DNA of 64,000 nucleotides from positions 18,655 to 82,654 of the forward strand of contig CAZOGI010000011.1 of assembly GCA_964579435.1 (NCBI GenBank), given 5' to 3'. The stretch comes from an uncultured Planctomycetales bacterium (GTDB taxonomy: Bacteria; Omnitrophota; Gorgyraeia; Gygaellales; Profunditerraquicolaceae). Position numbers and translations under genes: made by a program. The notes under the pieces are model-generated. The model searched no databases. It was not told where the DNA came from and saw nothing but the letters and a program-made list of their open reading frames with translations. Shown in pieces: positions 46,782-57,120 of the stretch (the first letter of the stretch is position 1; each line of letters begins with the position of its first letter).

Positions 46782-48634
46782 AACGGACCAGAATCGATGC
46801 CGGGTATCTGGTCATCGCGGCGGTGGCGTTGTTCTGGGTGATCCTGGTCAGCCTCAGATACCTGTTCTTTGGTTTCTTCGACTGGAACCTGGCGATCCAT
46901 ACGCAGATCATGAATTCCCTGCTGCGGCACGATACGGCGTTGGCGCTCATGGGACGGCAGCATTTTCTCGCCAATCATCTCAATCTCATCGCCTTCCCGC
47001 TTCTTCCCTTCTATGCCCTCGCGCGGCATCCGCTCTTTCTGCTCTATCTGGGTGTGGGGTCCGCCGTTGTTGCCGCAGCCTGCTTTTACCGCCTGGTTCA
47101 GGATGTCCTTCCCCGGCCGTGGCGATTCGCCGCCTTGCTTGTTTTCCTCCTTTATCCGGCGCTCTGGCACGGGATCCTCTATGAGTTTGATTTCTCTGTC
47201 CTGAGCGTCGCTTTCTGGTCGCTCATGCTGCTTTCGTTCCGCCGGGAACGGTTGCCCTGGTCCCTGTTCTGGTGCATCCTGGCGCTCCTGTGCAAAGAAG
47301 ATGCGTTTCTCCTGGGGCTGGGCTGGGGCGTCTATGCCGCGCTTTTTACCCGGATACGTCTGCGCTGGCGGGCGATTTTCCTGCTGGTTCCGGCTGCCTA
47401 CGGTTTCCTGTCTTTCCGCCTGCTCATTCCGTTCTTCAGTGCGGGCAAGCCCTATTTCTATTCATTCCTCTTTGACGGGGCAGGATCAGCGTTCCTGCAA
47501 CCGCCGCAGATGATCTACGCGAAGCTTTCCGCGGGCGGCTCCTATCTGTACCAGTTGTTCGCTCCGGTCGCATTCCTGCCGTTCCTGAGCGCCTCGGCCG
47601 TAGCCTTTCTGCCCTTCTGCGCAATGCAGCTTTTCTCATCGAACCCTTCCCAGCAGACCGTCTATTTCCACTATGCCCTTGTTGCCATACCGTTTGTCTT
47701 CTGGGGATTTCTGGCCGGATTGCGGAAGCTGCGCGCGAAGAATACGCCGGGGCTCCTCGCGGCGGTCCTGGTGACCTGTTTTTTGTTTGAGGCAGCTTCG
47801 CTTCCCTATGATAAAATAGCCCGGAGTGTGCGCCTTGCAGGCCCGTATTCGGTGCGCCGCTACGTTATTGCCTGGGTTCGTTCGATGCCTGCGGGAGCGC
47901 GGGTGGTCTCGGGTTTTCGTTTCCTGCCGCTTCTGGTGCGCGAGCACGCGGCGTACGCCTTTCACGTTCTTTTTTCAAAGGCCGGGCTTCCCGGCTCGTT
48001 CGATTACGCCCTGCTTGATTTCAGCGAACCGCTTTTTCAGCGCTACTACCCGCTCGACGGGGGGCTTATCCTGCGGGAGTTCCTGCAGCGCCACGGCCTC
48101 TCGCCCGCGGCCAGCGTCGGCGACATCGTTTTTTTCTCCCGCGCCGCAGCGGCGCCGCAGCTGGTGGAGTTTCTCGGCGAGCAGCCGGATCCTGAGAAGG
48201 CGCTGGTGAAGCTGGGGGAGGAGCTGGCACTGGAGAGCTGTTCTTTTCCCGAAACGGGGCGCGCCGGTTCGCCCCTTGAGCTGCGGTTGCGGTGGCGTAA
48301 GCTGGGCGAGAGCCGCGTCAACCACGGGGTTCTCTTTTTGCTGGTTGACAGCCGGATGCGCGTCTGCGTGCAGGCGCAGCATTCCATCGGCTACCGGATG
48401 TACCCGACGCGTTCCTGGAAGACCGCAGCGGTCGTGCAGGAGCGTTTCCGGATGCCGCTGCCGGAGGGGATGGCAGGCACGTATACCCTGTACGTTTTTT
48501 TCTATCCATGGATCTGCGATTCCCTGCCCGGTGTCCCGGACGGGGACCGCGAGGTTGATCTCCTGACGTTGCGGGAAGGCAGCAGCCGGTATATCCCGCT
48601 GGGCAGTGTGCGTATCGAAAAAGGAGGCAGGTGA
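46778..48634 (+). CDS. Large polytopic membrane protein, DUF2079-like; putative GT-C-fold glycosyltransferase
   Basis: ATGA overlap. About 10 predicted TM helices plus a ~250-aa C-terminal soluble domain. Confidence 0.5.
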   Translation: MKRTRIDAGYLVIAAVALFWVILVSLRYLFFGFFDWNLAIHTQIMNSLLRHDTALALMGRQHFLANHLNLIAFPLLPFYALARHPLFLLYLGVGSAVVAAACFYRLVQDVLPRPWRFAALLVFLLYPALWHGILYEFDFSVLSVAFWSLMLLSFRRERLPWSLFWCILALLCKEDAFLLGLGWGVYAALFTRIRLRWRAIFLLVPAAYGFLSFRLLIPFFSAGKPYFYSFLFDGAGSAFLQPPQMIYAKLSAGGSYLYQLFAPVAFLPFLSASAVAFLPFCAMQLFSSNPSQQTVYFHYALVAIPFVFWGFLAGLRKLRAKNTPGLLAAVLVTCFLFEAASLPYDKIARSVRLAGPYSVRRYVIAWVRSMPAGARVVSGFRFLPLLVREHAAYAFHVLFSKAGLPGSFDYALLDFSEPLFQRYYPLDGGLILREFLQRHGLSPAASVGDIVFFSRAAAAPQLVEFLGEQPDPEKALVKLGEELALESCSFPETGRAGSPLELRLRWRKLGESRVNHGVLFLLVDSRMRVCVQAQHSIGYRMYPTRSWKTAAVVQERFRMPLPEGMAGTYTLYVFFYPWICDSLPGVPDGDREVDLLTLREGSSRYIPLGSVRIEKGGR

Positions 48635-48636
48635 TC

Positions 48637-49518
48637 ATGCAGAATCGGTTCCGTGCGCTTGTCCGCGGCATGAGGCCCGCGCAACTGGTCAAGAGCGTTT
48701 TTGTCATGGCGCCCCTCGTTTTTGGCGGGAGAGTATTCGACCCGGCGTCAGTAAAAGCTGCGTTGACGAGCGCGGCGGCTTTCTGCGCCGCGGCAGCCGG
48801 ACTGTACCTTTTTAACGACGTGCTCGATCGCAGCCGTGACCGGGAGCATCCGGTGAAATCGAACCGTCCCTGCGCAAACGGCGAGCTGCCGGTGCGTGTC
48901 GCGCTGGTGGCCAGCATCCTGTGTCTGGCGGCTGCGGTGTATGTGGGGATCTTGGTTGAGCAGCGGGCGGTCATTGCGCTGATCGGCGGCTACGTCGCCC
49001 TGAATCTGGTCTATTCGCTCTTGCTGAAACATTGGGTGCTTATTGATGTCTTTGCGATCGCGCTCGGTTTTCAGCTGCGCATCTGGGCCGGCGCCGCAAG
49101 CATCTCGATCGAGCCGTCGGAATGGCTGCAGGCCTGCGTATTCCTCCTGGCTCTTTTCCTGGCGTTCTGCAAGCGCAAATACGAAATGTCTTACCTGAAC
49201 GAGCGGGCCCAGGCCCACCGCAGCGTCTACGCCGTCTATACCCGTGAGTTCCTCACGCAGTGTATCACGATGTTCGCCGGCCTGACGATCCTGGCGTATG
49301 TTTTGTACTGTTTGTCTCCCGATATCCTGCGCCGTCCGCACGGCACCCGGATGCTCTTTTCGACTCCCTTTGTCGCCTATGGCATTCTGCGCTATCTTTT
49401 CGTGGCCGAGACGCGTACCACCCCCGGGGATCCGACCGAACAGCTTTTCACCGACCCTGGTTTGGCAGCGGCGGTCTGCGCGTGGATAGTCTGCGTTTTC
49501 CTGATGCTTTATGTCTGA
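48637..49518 (+). CDS. UbiA-family prenyltransferase resembling decaprenyl-phosphate phosphoribosyltransferase (DPPR synthase)
   Basis: NDVLDRSRDREHPVKSNRP matches the NDxxDxxxDxxHPxKxxRP signature. Seven to nine TM helices. AAGGAGG RBS 9 nt upstream of ATG 48637. Confidence 0.7.
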   Translation: MQNRFRALVRGMRPAQLVKSVFVMAPLVFGGRVFDPASVKAALTSAAAFCAAAAGLYLFNDVLDRSRDREHPVKSNRPCANGELPVRVALVASILCLAAAVYVGILVEQRAVIALIGGYVALNLVYSLLLKHWVLIDVFAIALGFQLRIWAGAASISIEPSEWLQACVFLLALFLAFCKRKYEMSYLNERAQAHRSVYAVYTREFLTQCITMFAGLTILAYVLYCLSPDILRRPHGTRMLFSTPFVAYGILRYLFVAETRTTPGDPTEQLFTDPGLAAAVCAWIVCVFLMLYV

Positions 49519-50680
49519 TCATCCGTGCGTCCCTTGGAGCTGGGTTGTTTTTCAGGATACCTCCCTGCGTATCAAGCTCCTGAAACTGTTGGACCGGTTT
49601 ATCGGCCCGGTGCTGTGCCGGATCGCCGTTTTGTTGCTCAGGCCGGCTCCCGCACGCAGCCCGGCGCCGCAGCGGTTTCTCGTCATCCGGCCCGGAGGGA
49701 TCGGGGATGCGGTCTTGACCATTCCCCTGGTGCGGGAGCTCTCGCGCAGTTTCCCGGGAAGCCGCATCGATATACTCGCCCAGCGGCGCAATCGCGCGGT
49801 TTTCGCATTAGCCGACGAGGGTGGGGGGGCGGTATTTTCTGCCGACGGATTCGCGTTTTTCCGGGTCCTGGCGCAGTTGCGCCGGAGGCGCTACGATGCG
49901 ATCTTCGACACCGAGCAGTGGCATATTTTTTCGGCATTGACCGCTGTTCTGGTCGGGTCGGGCGAGCGGGTCGGTTTCGACAGCCGGCCCCTGCGTTCGC
50001 GCCTGTACCATCGGCGCGTCCCGTTTAGGCTTGAGGAATTTGAGGCGCAAAAGTTCCTTTCCCTGCTGGATGCGTATGCCCCGCAGGAAAACCCGCGCGC
50101 GATAGAGGTGCCGTTTATTCGGCTGCGCGCTGCGGCGCAAAAGCAAAGGAGCGCGCAGGGATTCTGTGTCGTCATCTCGGTGAGCGCGCACGCGCGGCTG
50201 CGCCTGTGGCCGTTTGAGCGTTGGGAGGAGTTGTGCCGCTTCCTGATCGCCAAAGGACGTACGGTGATTCTGGTCGGTTCTGTCGCGCAGCGGCCGCTTG
50301 CCCGGCGGCTTCTGGAGGCGGTCCGTGGCGCCGGGGCGTTCTCCTCGTTCGTAGGGGAGACGACGTTGGCCGAAACCGCCGCGTTGATTGCCGCAGCCGA
50401 CTATTATATCGGCATGGATTCGGGGGTGCTGCACCTGGCGTACGCGCTGGGCAAACCTGCGGTCGGCCTCTTCGGCCCGGGGATTGCGGCGCAGTGGGGA
50501 CCGCCGGGTGAGTTCTACCGGCAGGTCGCATCGTCCGTGGCTTGCCGGCCCTGCGGCCGGCTCAGTTATACCCCGCCCTGTCGGCGACCGCGGTGCATGG
50601 AGGCGATAACGGCAGAGGCGGTGGTGCGGGCTGCGCAGGAGTTGGAAGAAGTCATTCGGCAAAAGGGGCAAGGACGGTAA
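49511..50680 (+). CDS. Family-9 glycosyltransferase (heptosyltransferase-like)
   Basis: FLVIRPGGIGDAVLTIPLVRELSR N-terminal GT9 motif. C-terminal Cys-rich CRPCGRLSYTPPCRRPRC. Confidence 0.7.
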   Translation: MSDHPCVPWSWVVFQDTSLRIKLLKLLDRFIGPVLCRIAVLLLRPAPARSPAPQRFLVIRPGGIGDAVLTIPLVRELSRSFPGSRIDILAQRRNRAVFALADEGGGAVFSADGFAFFRVLAQLRRRRYDAIFDTEQWHIFSALTAVLVGSGERVGFDSRPLRSRLYHRRVPFRLEEFEAQKFLSLLDAYAPQENPRAIEVPFIRLRAAAQKQRSAQGFCVVISVSAHARLRLWPFERWEELCRFLIAKGRTVILVGSVAQRPLARRLLEAVRGAGAFSSFVGETTLAETAALIAAADYYIGMDSGVLHLAYALGKPAVGLFGPGIAAQWGPPGEFYRQVASSVACRPCGRLSYTPPCRRPRCMEAITAEAVVRAAQELEEVIRQKGQGR

Positions 50681-50692
50681 CCGGGATTGTCT

Positions 50693-53548
50693 ATGCAAAA
50701 AGAACATATCATCCTGCGCGGCGCGCGCGAGCACAACCTGAAGGGGATAGATCTGACCCTTCCCCGCAATCAGCTGATCGTGGTGACCGGGCTCTCCGGT
50801 TCGGGAAAATCGAGTTTGGCGTTCGATACCATTTACGCCGAGGGGCAGCGCCGTTACGTGGAGAGCCTTTCGGCGTACGCCCGTCAGTTCCTGGAGCAAC
50901 TGCAGAAGCCGCAGGTCGAGTATATCGAGGGGCTCTCTCCGGCCATCGCCATCGAGCAGCGCGGCGCCGGAGGCAACCCCCGTTCGACCGTAGCGACGCA
51001 GACCGAGATATACGATTATCTGCGGCTGCTTTTCGCGCGTATCGGCACGGTCACCTGTGCGCACTGCGGCTCTCCCGTTCAGCGTCAATCGGCTCAAGAG
51101 ATCGTCGAACGCGTCGCGGCACTGGCCGCGGGAACCGAAGCGCTTGTCCTGGCGCCCCTGGTGCGGGGCAAGAAGGGTTCGCAGGAGGCGCTCCTGAAGC
51201 AGGTGCAGAAAGCGGGTTTTGCCCGGGTGCGCCTCGATGGAAAAGTGCTGCCGCTGCCGGTGCAGGCGCTGCCGGATAAGAATAAGGCGCATACCGTCGA
51301 TGTCGTCGTCGACCGCCTGCTCCTGGGGCCGCAGGCACGGGGGAGACTGACCGATTCCGTGGAAACGGCATTGAAGGTGGGGAAGGGTTTAGTGCTTATC
51401 CATATCCCCCCGGCTTCCCCGGCACCGGTGCCGGATGCCGCAGGATCCCGCCGCCGCGGCGCCACGTTTCCCGGAGACCATCTTTTCAGCGAACAGTACG
51501 CGTGTTTGCGCTGCGGCAACAACCTGCCCGAGGTTGAGCCGCGCATTTTTTCTTTCAATTCCCCTTACGGCGCCTGTCCGGCCTGCAACGGCCTGGGGAC
51601 AAAGCTGGAGTTCGACGTTGATTTGCTGATTCCCGACCGGACCAAATCCATCAACGGGGGAGCGATCGAAGCCTGGAAGCGGGGCGGGCGCGGATACATC
51701 CTTTACTACCGCTGGCTTATGCGCGAGCTTGCCTCCGAGACGGGTTTCAGCCTCGAGACTCCCTTCGGCAAATTGGCGCAGACGGTCCAGTCGACCATCC
51801 TCTACGGAAAGCCGCTTGCCTATGCAGCCGGAAAGCCGTTCGAGGGGATCATCCCGCATCTGGAGAGGCTCTTCCGTTGCACGGACAGCGACTATCTGAA
51901 AGAAGAGATCAGCCGTTTCATGTCGAGCCTGCCCTGTCCCGCCTGTAAGGGGACGCGTCTGAAGAAAGAGAGCCTCGGGGTGCTGGTCGGCGGCAAGAAT
52001 ATCTGGGAGGTGACGCGCCTTTCGATCAAGGAGGCGCACGCGTTTTTTTCCCGGCTGGAGCTTGCGCCGAAGCAGGCCGTCATCGCCGAGCAGGTGCTCA
52101 AGGAGATCCTGCAAAAGCTCTCCTTTTGTATCGATGTGGGGCTTGAATATCTGACGCTGGAGCGCAAGAGCTCGACCCTCTCCGGCGGCGAGGCGCAGCG
52201 TATCCGCCTGGCCACCCAGGTCGGCTCCGGCCTGGTCGGGGTGCTCTATATACTGGATGAGCCCAGCATCGGCCTGCATCAGCGGGATAACGAGAAGCTC
52301 ATCCAGACGCTCCTGGCCCTGCGTGACCTGGGCAATACCCTTATTGTCGTCGAACACGATGAGTATACGATCCGCGCCGCCGATTATGTGGTGGACCTGG
52401 GCCCCGGGGCCGGCCGCCACGGCGGGGAGATCGTCTTCGCCGGTCCGACGAAAGAGCTCCTGCGCAGCGACGTTTCGCTAACCGCGCGGTATCTGCGGGG
52501 CGAGCTGGCCGTCGGCTCGGCGCGCAGCCGCAGGCCGGTCGACCCGAAACGGATCCTGAAGGTACGGGGGGCCGGCGAGCACAACCTCAAGAAGATAGAC
52601 GTTTCTTTCCCTCTCGGGCTTTTCATCGGCGTGACCGGCGTCTCGGGCTCGGGCAAATCGACGCTGGTCAACGATATCCTCTACCGCGCCCTCGCCGCGC
52701 GGCTGTATCAGGCCCGCGAGAAGCCCGGCCTTCATCGGGCGTTGAGCGGTTGCGAGCACATCGATAAGGTCATCGTGGTCGACCAGGAACCGATCGGACG
52801 CACTCCCCGGTCCAATGCCGCGACGTATACCGGGGTTTTTTCCCCGATCCGGGAGCTCTTCAGTTCGCTTCCCGAAGCGAAAGTGCGCGGGTACCGGCCG
52901 GGCAGGTTCTCTTTCAACGTGAAGGGGGGGCGCTGCGAAGCCTGCCAGGGAGACGGGATCAAGAAGATAGAGATGCATTTCCTCTCCGATGTCTACGTCA
53001 AATGCGATATCTGCCAGGGGAGGCGTTTTAACGAAGCGACGCTGGGGGTCCGTTACAAGGGAAAGTCCATAGCCGATGTCCTGGAGCTGACGGTCGAAGA
53101 GGCCCTGGAGCTTTTCGGCTCGATCCCCAAGATCAGCAATATACTGACGTACCTCTCGGACGTGGGTTTGGGATATATCCAGGTCGGTCAGTCGGCGACC
53201 ACGCTCTCGGGGGGCGAGGCGCAGCGGATCAAGCTGGCGACGGAACTCTCCCGCCGCGGCACGGGCAAGACCCTCTACATACTCGATGAGCCGACGACCG
53301 GGCTGCACTTCGCCGATGTCAGCCGGCTGCTGCAGGTCTTGCAGCGGCTCGTGGATAAGGGCAATACCGTTCTGGTGATCGAACATAACCTGGATGTGAT
53401 CCGGGCCGCGGACTATGTGATCGATCTGGGCCCCGAGGGAGGGGACCGGGGGGGGCGGGTGGTTGCCGCAGGTACGCCCGAAGAGATAGCCGCGGCAGCG
53501 GATTCCTTTACCGGCGCGTTTCTGAGAAAGGCGTTGAATAACCGATAG
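50693..53548 (+). CDS. uvrA: Excinuclease ABC subunit A
   Basis: Two ABC modules with Walker A GLSGSGKSSL and GVSGSGKSTL. Zinc fingers. Confidence 0.95.
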   Translation: MQKEHIILRGAREHNLKGIDLTLPRNQLIVVTGLSGSGKSSLAFDTIYAEGQRRYVESLSAYARQFLEQLQKPQVEYIEGLSPAIAIEQRGAGGNPRSTVATQTEIYDYLRLLFARIGTVTCAHCGSPVQRQSAQEIVERVAALAAGTEALVLAPLVRGKKGSQEALLKQVQKAGFARVRLDGKVLPLPVQALPDKNKAHTVDVVVDRLLLGPQARGRLTDSVETALKVGKGLVLIHIPPASPAPVPDAAGSRRRGATFPGDHLFSEQYACLRCGNNLPEVEPRIFSFNSPYGACPACNGLGTKLEFDVDLLIPDRTKSINGGAIEAWKRGGRGYILYYRWLMRELASETGFSLETPFGKLAQTVQSTILYGKPLAYAAGKPFEGIIPHLERLFRCTDSDYLKEEISRFMSSLPCPACKGTRLKKESLGVLVGGKNIWEVTRLSIKEAHAFFSRLELAPKQAVIAEQVLKEILQKLSFCIDVGLEYLTLERKSSTLSGGEAQRIRLATQVGSGLVGVLYILDEPSIGLHQRDNEKLIQTLLALRDLGNTLIVVEHDEYTIRAADYVVDLGPGAGRHGGEIVFAGPTKELLRSDVSLTARYLRGELAVGSARSRRPVDPKRILKVRGAGEHNLKKIDVSFPLGLFIGVTGVSGSGKSTLVNDILYRALAARLYQAREKPGLHRALSGCEHIDKVIVVDQEPIGRTPRSNAATYTGVFSPIRELFSSLPEAKVRGYRPGRFSFNVKGGRCEACQGDGIKKIEMHFLSDVYVKCDICQGRRFNEATLGVRYKGKSIADVLELTVEEALELFGSIPKISNILTYLSDVGLGYIQVGQSATTLSGGEAQRIKLATELSRRGTGKTLYILDEPTTGLHFADVSRLLQVLQRLVDKGNTVLVIEHNLDVIRAADYVIDLGPEGGDRGGRVVAAGTPEEIAAAADSFTGAFLRKALNNR

Positions 53549-53571
53549 GCGGATGTTATAGTACCTTACCT

Positions 53572-56052
53572 ATGAAACGCAGAACTATGCCCCCGGGGTT
53601 CGTCGCCGCCCTCCTGTGTGTCGTCGTCCTCTTTTTGTCCGCGCCGGGCTTGCCCGCGCAGGAGACATCCAAGGAAGAAGAGGTCCTCTTTGTCGCGAAA
53701 AAAGCGTATGAAGACGGGTTCTATGAGGTAAGCCTCGGGTTGCTCGAGCGGTTCCTGAAGAGTTATCCCTCCTCCACAAAACGCGCCGAGGCCCAGTTCC
53801 TGATCGGGCAATGTTATTATCATCAGGGCAAGTTTCTCGACGCGTTGACGCAGTTCGAGAAGCTCCTGGGCCAGTCATTCGCCAAGGAGGTCCAGGACGG
53901 CGTGATCTACTGGATCGCCGAAGTCCATTTCAAGGGAAACAATTTCAACAAGGCCTCTTATTACTACCGTCGCGTTATCGATGAGTTCGCTTCGTCGTCC
54001 TATGTGCCGGCGGCGACGTATTCCCTCGGCTGGTGCTACGTGCAGGAGTCGAAATTCAGCGAAGCGGAGCGTACCTTCGCCGTCGTCCAGGAGCGGTATC
54101 CCAACGAAGCCTTCGCGCGTGACGCCGCTTTCAAGCGGCTGGAGTGCCTCTATCAGCTCAAGGAGTATGCGGCGCTTCGGGAGATGCTGCAAAAGCAGTT
54201 CGACTATTACGGCAAGGATATCGCCAAGCTGGCCTATCTGCATTTTTACCTCGCGGAGGCCTCTTTTTACGAGGGGAATTACGAGGAGTCGCTCCTGCAG
54301 TACACCAAGGTTCTTTCGGTCTCGCACGATGCGCGCATGAATGCCCTGGCGCAACTGGGCAGCGGCTGGGCGAATCTCAAGCTCAAGAGGTTCAAAGAGG
54401 CGGGCGAGGCGTTCGCCCGGGTGGAGTCGGCGGCCCTTGACGAGGCGAGTCGCGATATCTTCATGTTGGGCAGCGCCGTGCTCGCTTCCGAAGAGAAGCG
54501 TTTTGGCGAAGCAGGCCGGCAGTACGAGGAACTGATCGCCGTTTCGGCGGACCAGGGGGTGTTGACCCAGGCATACCTGGGCAAGGCCGAATCCCTCTAT
54601 AATACCGCCGAATACCACGCCTCGATCGCCGCATTCCAGGAGGCGCTCAAGCGGGTGGGAGCCGCGACTTCCCCGGAAACGGTAGACAAGCTCCACTACG
54701 GCCTTGCCTGGGCGTACCTCAAGGACGGCGAATTCAAAGAGGCGATCTCGCAGTTCCAGAAGATCGTCAAGCAGAGCGAAGACAAGATGGTCAAGGTCGC
54801 CGCCCTCTGTCAGATCGGCGACGCCTACCAGGATGCGGGCAACTACGAGAAGGCGGTCGAGACGTACGACCGCATCATCAAGGAGTATCCCGACAGTTTC
54901 TACAGCGATTACGTGCAGTATCAACTGGGCCTGACCTTCCTGAAATTCTCGCGCTACGACGCGGCGATCATGGCCTTCGAGGCCCACAGGCGGCGTTTCC
55001 CGCAGTCGAAGCTGATCGATGATGCCGCGTATGCCCTGGGCCTGGCGTATTTCCAGCGCGAGGATTACTCGGCCAGCCGAGATCTCTTCCAGCGTTTTCT
55101 CGCCGACTACAAGGATAGTTCCCTGGCGCCGCAGGCACTGTACCTGCTGGGGACGAGTCTTTTCAATCTGGGAAAATTCTCCGAAGCGATCGAAGTCTTC
55201 CGTTCGGTCATTAAGGCGTACGGTTCGGATACGGAGCTGTGCCAGAAGGCGGAGTACGAGATCGCAGACTGTTATTACCAGATGGGAGATGAGAAAGAGG
55301 CGATGGCCCGCTTCAAGGCCCTGCGCGCCAAGTATCCCGATTCCTCCCTGACGGTTGAGGTCATGTGGTGGCTGGGCGAGTACTATTACCGGCAGCGCGA
55401 TTTTGCGCTGGCCAAGAGGTATTTTTCCTCCCTGATCAGCGATTTCCCCAAAAGCGCGCTGGTGACCGACGCCGGGTATGCCTTAGGCACGATCGCCGAG
55501 GAAGAGGGCGATTATACGCAGGCATTGGCTCAGTATGCCCAGGTGGTCTCTTCCGGGAAGGCGGACCTGGCTGGTACCGCTTCGATCGCGATCGCGGACA
55601 TTTACGTGAAGCAGAAGCAGTTTGAGGCGGCGCTGGGGGTGTATCGTGAAGCGTTGGAGAAATACGCGAACCTGGCGGCGCTCATCTATCCGAAGATGGG
55701 CGAAGTGTACCGGGGGCTGCGTCAGTACGACGATGCCCTGGGGGTATTGCGTAAGAGCCTGGAGGTTGTTCCCGTGCAGGAGATGGGGAGCGTGCAGTTG
55801 CGGATCGGGGAGATCGAAGAAGAGCGCGGCCGGGCGAAGGAGGCTATCGAGGCGTACCTGCGGGTGACGTACCTGTACGCGCCGGAGAGTTCCCTGGCAG
55901 TGCGCGCACTGTTGCGCGTCGCCCAGTTGTACGAGAACCAGGAGCAGTTCCGGGAAGCGATAGCCGTGTATGAAAAGGTCGCGGAGCGCTCGGTTGCCGA
56001 GGCGGCGTATGCCCGGGAGCGGGTCGATTTTCTCCGCGCACATCTGAAATAG
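53572..56052 (+). CDS. Secreted tetratricopeptide-repeat protein (826 aa)
   Basis: Signal peptide. About 20 TPR-like units (recurrent A..Y..G.Y..A...F..). Confidence 0.75.
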   Translation: MKRRTMPPGFVAALLCVVVLFLSAPGLPAQETSKEEEVLFVAKKAYEDGFYEVSLGLLERFLKSYPSSTKRAEAQFLIGQCYYHQGKFLDALTQFEKLLGQSFAKEVQDGVIYWIAEVHFKGNNFNKASYYYRRVIDEFASSSYVPAATYSLGWCYVQESKFSEAERTFAVVQERYPNEAFARDAAFKRLECLYQLKEYAALREMLQKQFDYYGKDIAKLAYLHFYLAEASFYEGNYEESLLQYTKVLSVSHDARMNALAQLGSGWANLKLKRFKEAGEAFARVESAALDEASRDIFMLGSAVLASEEKRFGEAGRQYEELIAVSADQGVLTQAYLGKAESLYNTAEYHASIAAFQEALKRVGAATSPETVDKLHYGLAWAYLKDGEFKEAISQFQKIVKQSEDKMVKVAALCQIGDAYQDAGNYEKAVETYDRIIKEYPDSFYSDYVQYQLGLTFLKFSRYDAAIMAFEAHRRRFPQSKLIDDAAYALGLAYFQREDYSASRDLFQRFLADYKDSSLAPQALYLLGTSLFNLGKFSEAIEVFRSVIKAYGSDTELCQKAEYEIADCYYQMGDEKEAMARFKALRAKYPDSSLTVEVMWWLGEYYYRQRDFALAKRYFSSLISDFPKSALVTDAGYALGTIAEEEGDYTQALAQYAQVVSSGKADLAGTASIAIADIYVKQKQFEAALGVYREALEKYANLAALIYPKMGEVYRGLRQYDDALGVLRKSLEVVPVQEMGSVQLRIGEIEEERGRAKEAIEAYLRVTYLYAPESSLAVRALLRVAQLYENQEQFREAIAVYEKVAERSVAEAAYARERVDFLRAHLK

Positions 56053-56067
56053 CCGAAAGGAGCGGGT

Positions 56068-56700
56068 ATGGATCTCTACAAGATGCAGATGCTGCAGATT
56101 TTCCGGGCCGGAGGGCCGGTCATGTGGCCCATTCTGTTGTGCTCGATAGTGGCCCTGGCGATCGTGCTTGAGAAATTCTGGCATTTGAACCGGATCCGTA
56201 TCGACACGCAGGATTTTCTGCGCAAGATCCTCGACAAGATGAAGCACCATCAGACCAAGGAGGCGCTTGAAGTCTGCGACGCGCAGCAGGGCCCGATCGC
56301 CAATATCCTGAAGGCCGGGATCCTGCGTTATGACCGCCCGCGGCCGCAGATCAAGGAGGCGATCGAGGACGCCTCGTTGTACGAGATCCCCCGCCTGGAG
56401 AAGAACCTTCCGGCGCTGGCGACGATCGCGCACGTATCCCCGCTGCTGGGGCTGTTGGGGACCGTCACCGGCATGGTCAGGACGTTCCAGATGATCCAGG
56501 CAAAGACTTCTTCGCTGCAGCCGGTTTCCCCCGGAGACCTGGCCGGCGGCATCTGGGAGGCCCTGTTGACGACGGTTGCCGGATTGATCGTGGCGATCCC
56601 CACGTTTGTGGCCTACAACTATCTGGTCAACCGGGTCAACTCCCTGATCCTTGAGATGGAGAAGGGGGCGACCGAATTCGTGAATTTCCTTTCGGAATAG
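56068..56700 (+). CDS. exbB: MotA/TolQ/ExbB proton-channel protein
   Basis: Three TM helices. PLLGLLGTVTGM signature. Confidence 0.85.
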   Translation: MDLYKMQMLQIFRAGGPVMWPILLCSIVALAIVLEKFWHLNRIRIDTQDFLRKILDKMKHHQTKEALEVCDAQQGPIANILKAGILRYDRPRPQIKEAIEDASLYEIPRLEKNLPALATIAHVSPLLGLLGTVTGMVRTFQMIQAKTSSLQPVSPGDLAGGIWEALLTTVAGLIVAIPTFVAYNYLVNRVNSLILEMEKGATEFVNFLSE

Positions 56701-56715
56701 GTCCAGGAGGCCGCT

Positions 56716-57117
56716 ATGCGTTTCAAGCGCCACATCAATCTCGAGCACGGGCTGCGGCAGATCGATATCGCGCCGCTCATCGATGTAGTCTTTCAGCTTT
56801 TGATCTTTTTCATGCTTACTTCCAATTTCGTCATGCAGCCGGGTATCCGGGTGAATCTGCCCAAGGCGGTCACCAGCGAGGTGGTGAAGCTGGAGAATAT
56901 CGAGATCATCGTCTCCGCGGAGAATATCGTCTATTACCACGGCAGCGTCGTCACCTCGGTCGATCTCAAGAAGCTCTTTGCCCAGGCGGCCACCCGTTCC
57001 CGGGCGGTGCTGATCAAGTCTGACCGCCGGGCTTCGTTGGGCAGGGTCGTGGAGGTTTGGGATATGTGCCGCGACGCGGGCATCGCCCAAATCAATATCG
57101 CGACGAACCAGGAGTGA
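56716..57117 (+). CDS. exbD: ExbD/TolR biopolymer transport protein
   Basis: Single TM helix. IDIAPLIDVVFQLLIFFM. Confidence 0.85.
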   Translation: MRFKRHINLEHGLRQIDIAPLIDVVFQLLIFFMLTSNFVMQPGIRVNLPKAVTSEVVKLENIEIIVSAENIVYYHGSVVTSVDLKKLFAQAATRSRAVLIKSDRRASLGRVVEVWDMCRDAGIAQINIATNQE

Positions 57118-57120
57118 GGG

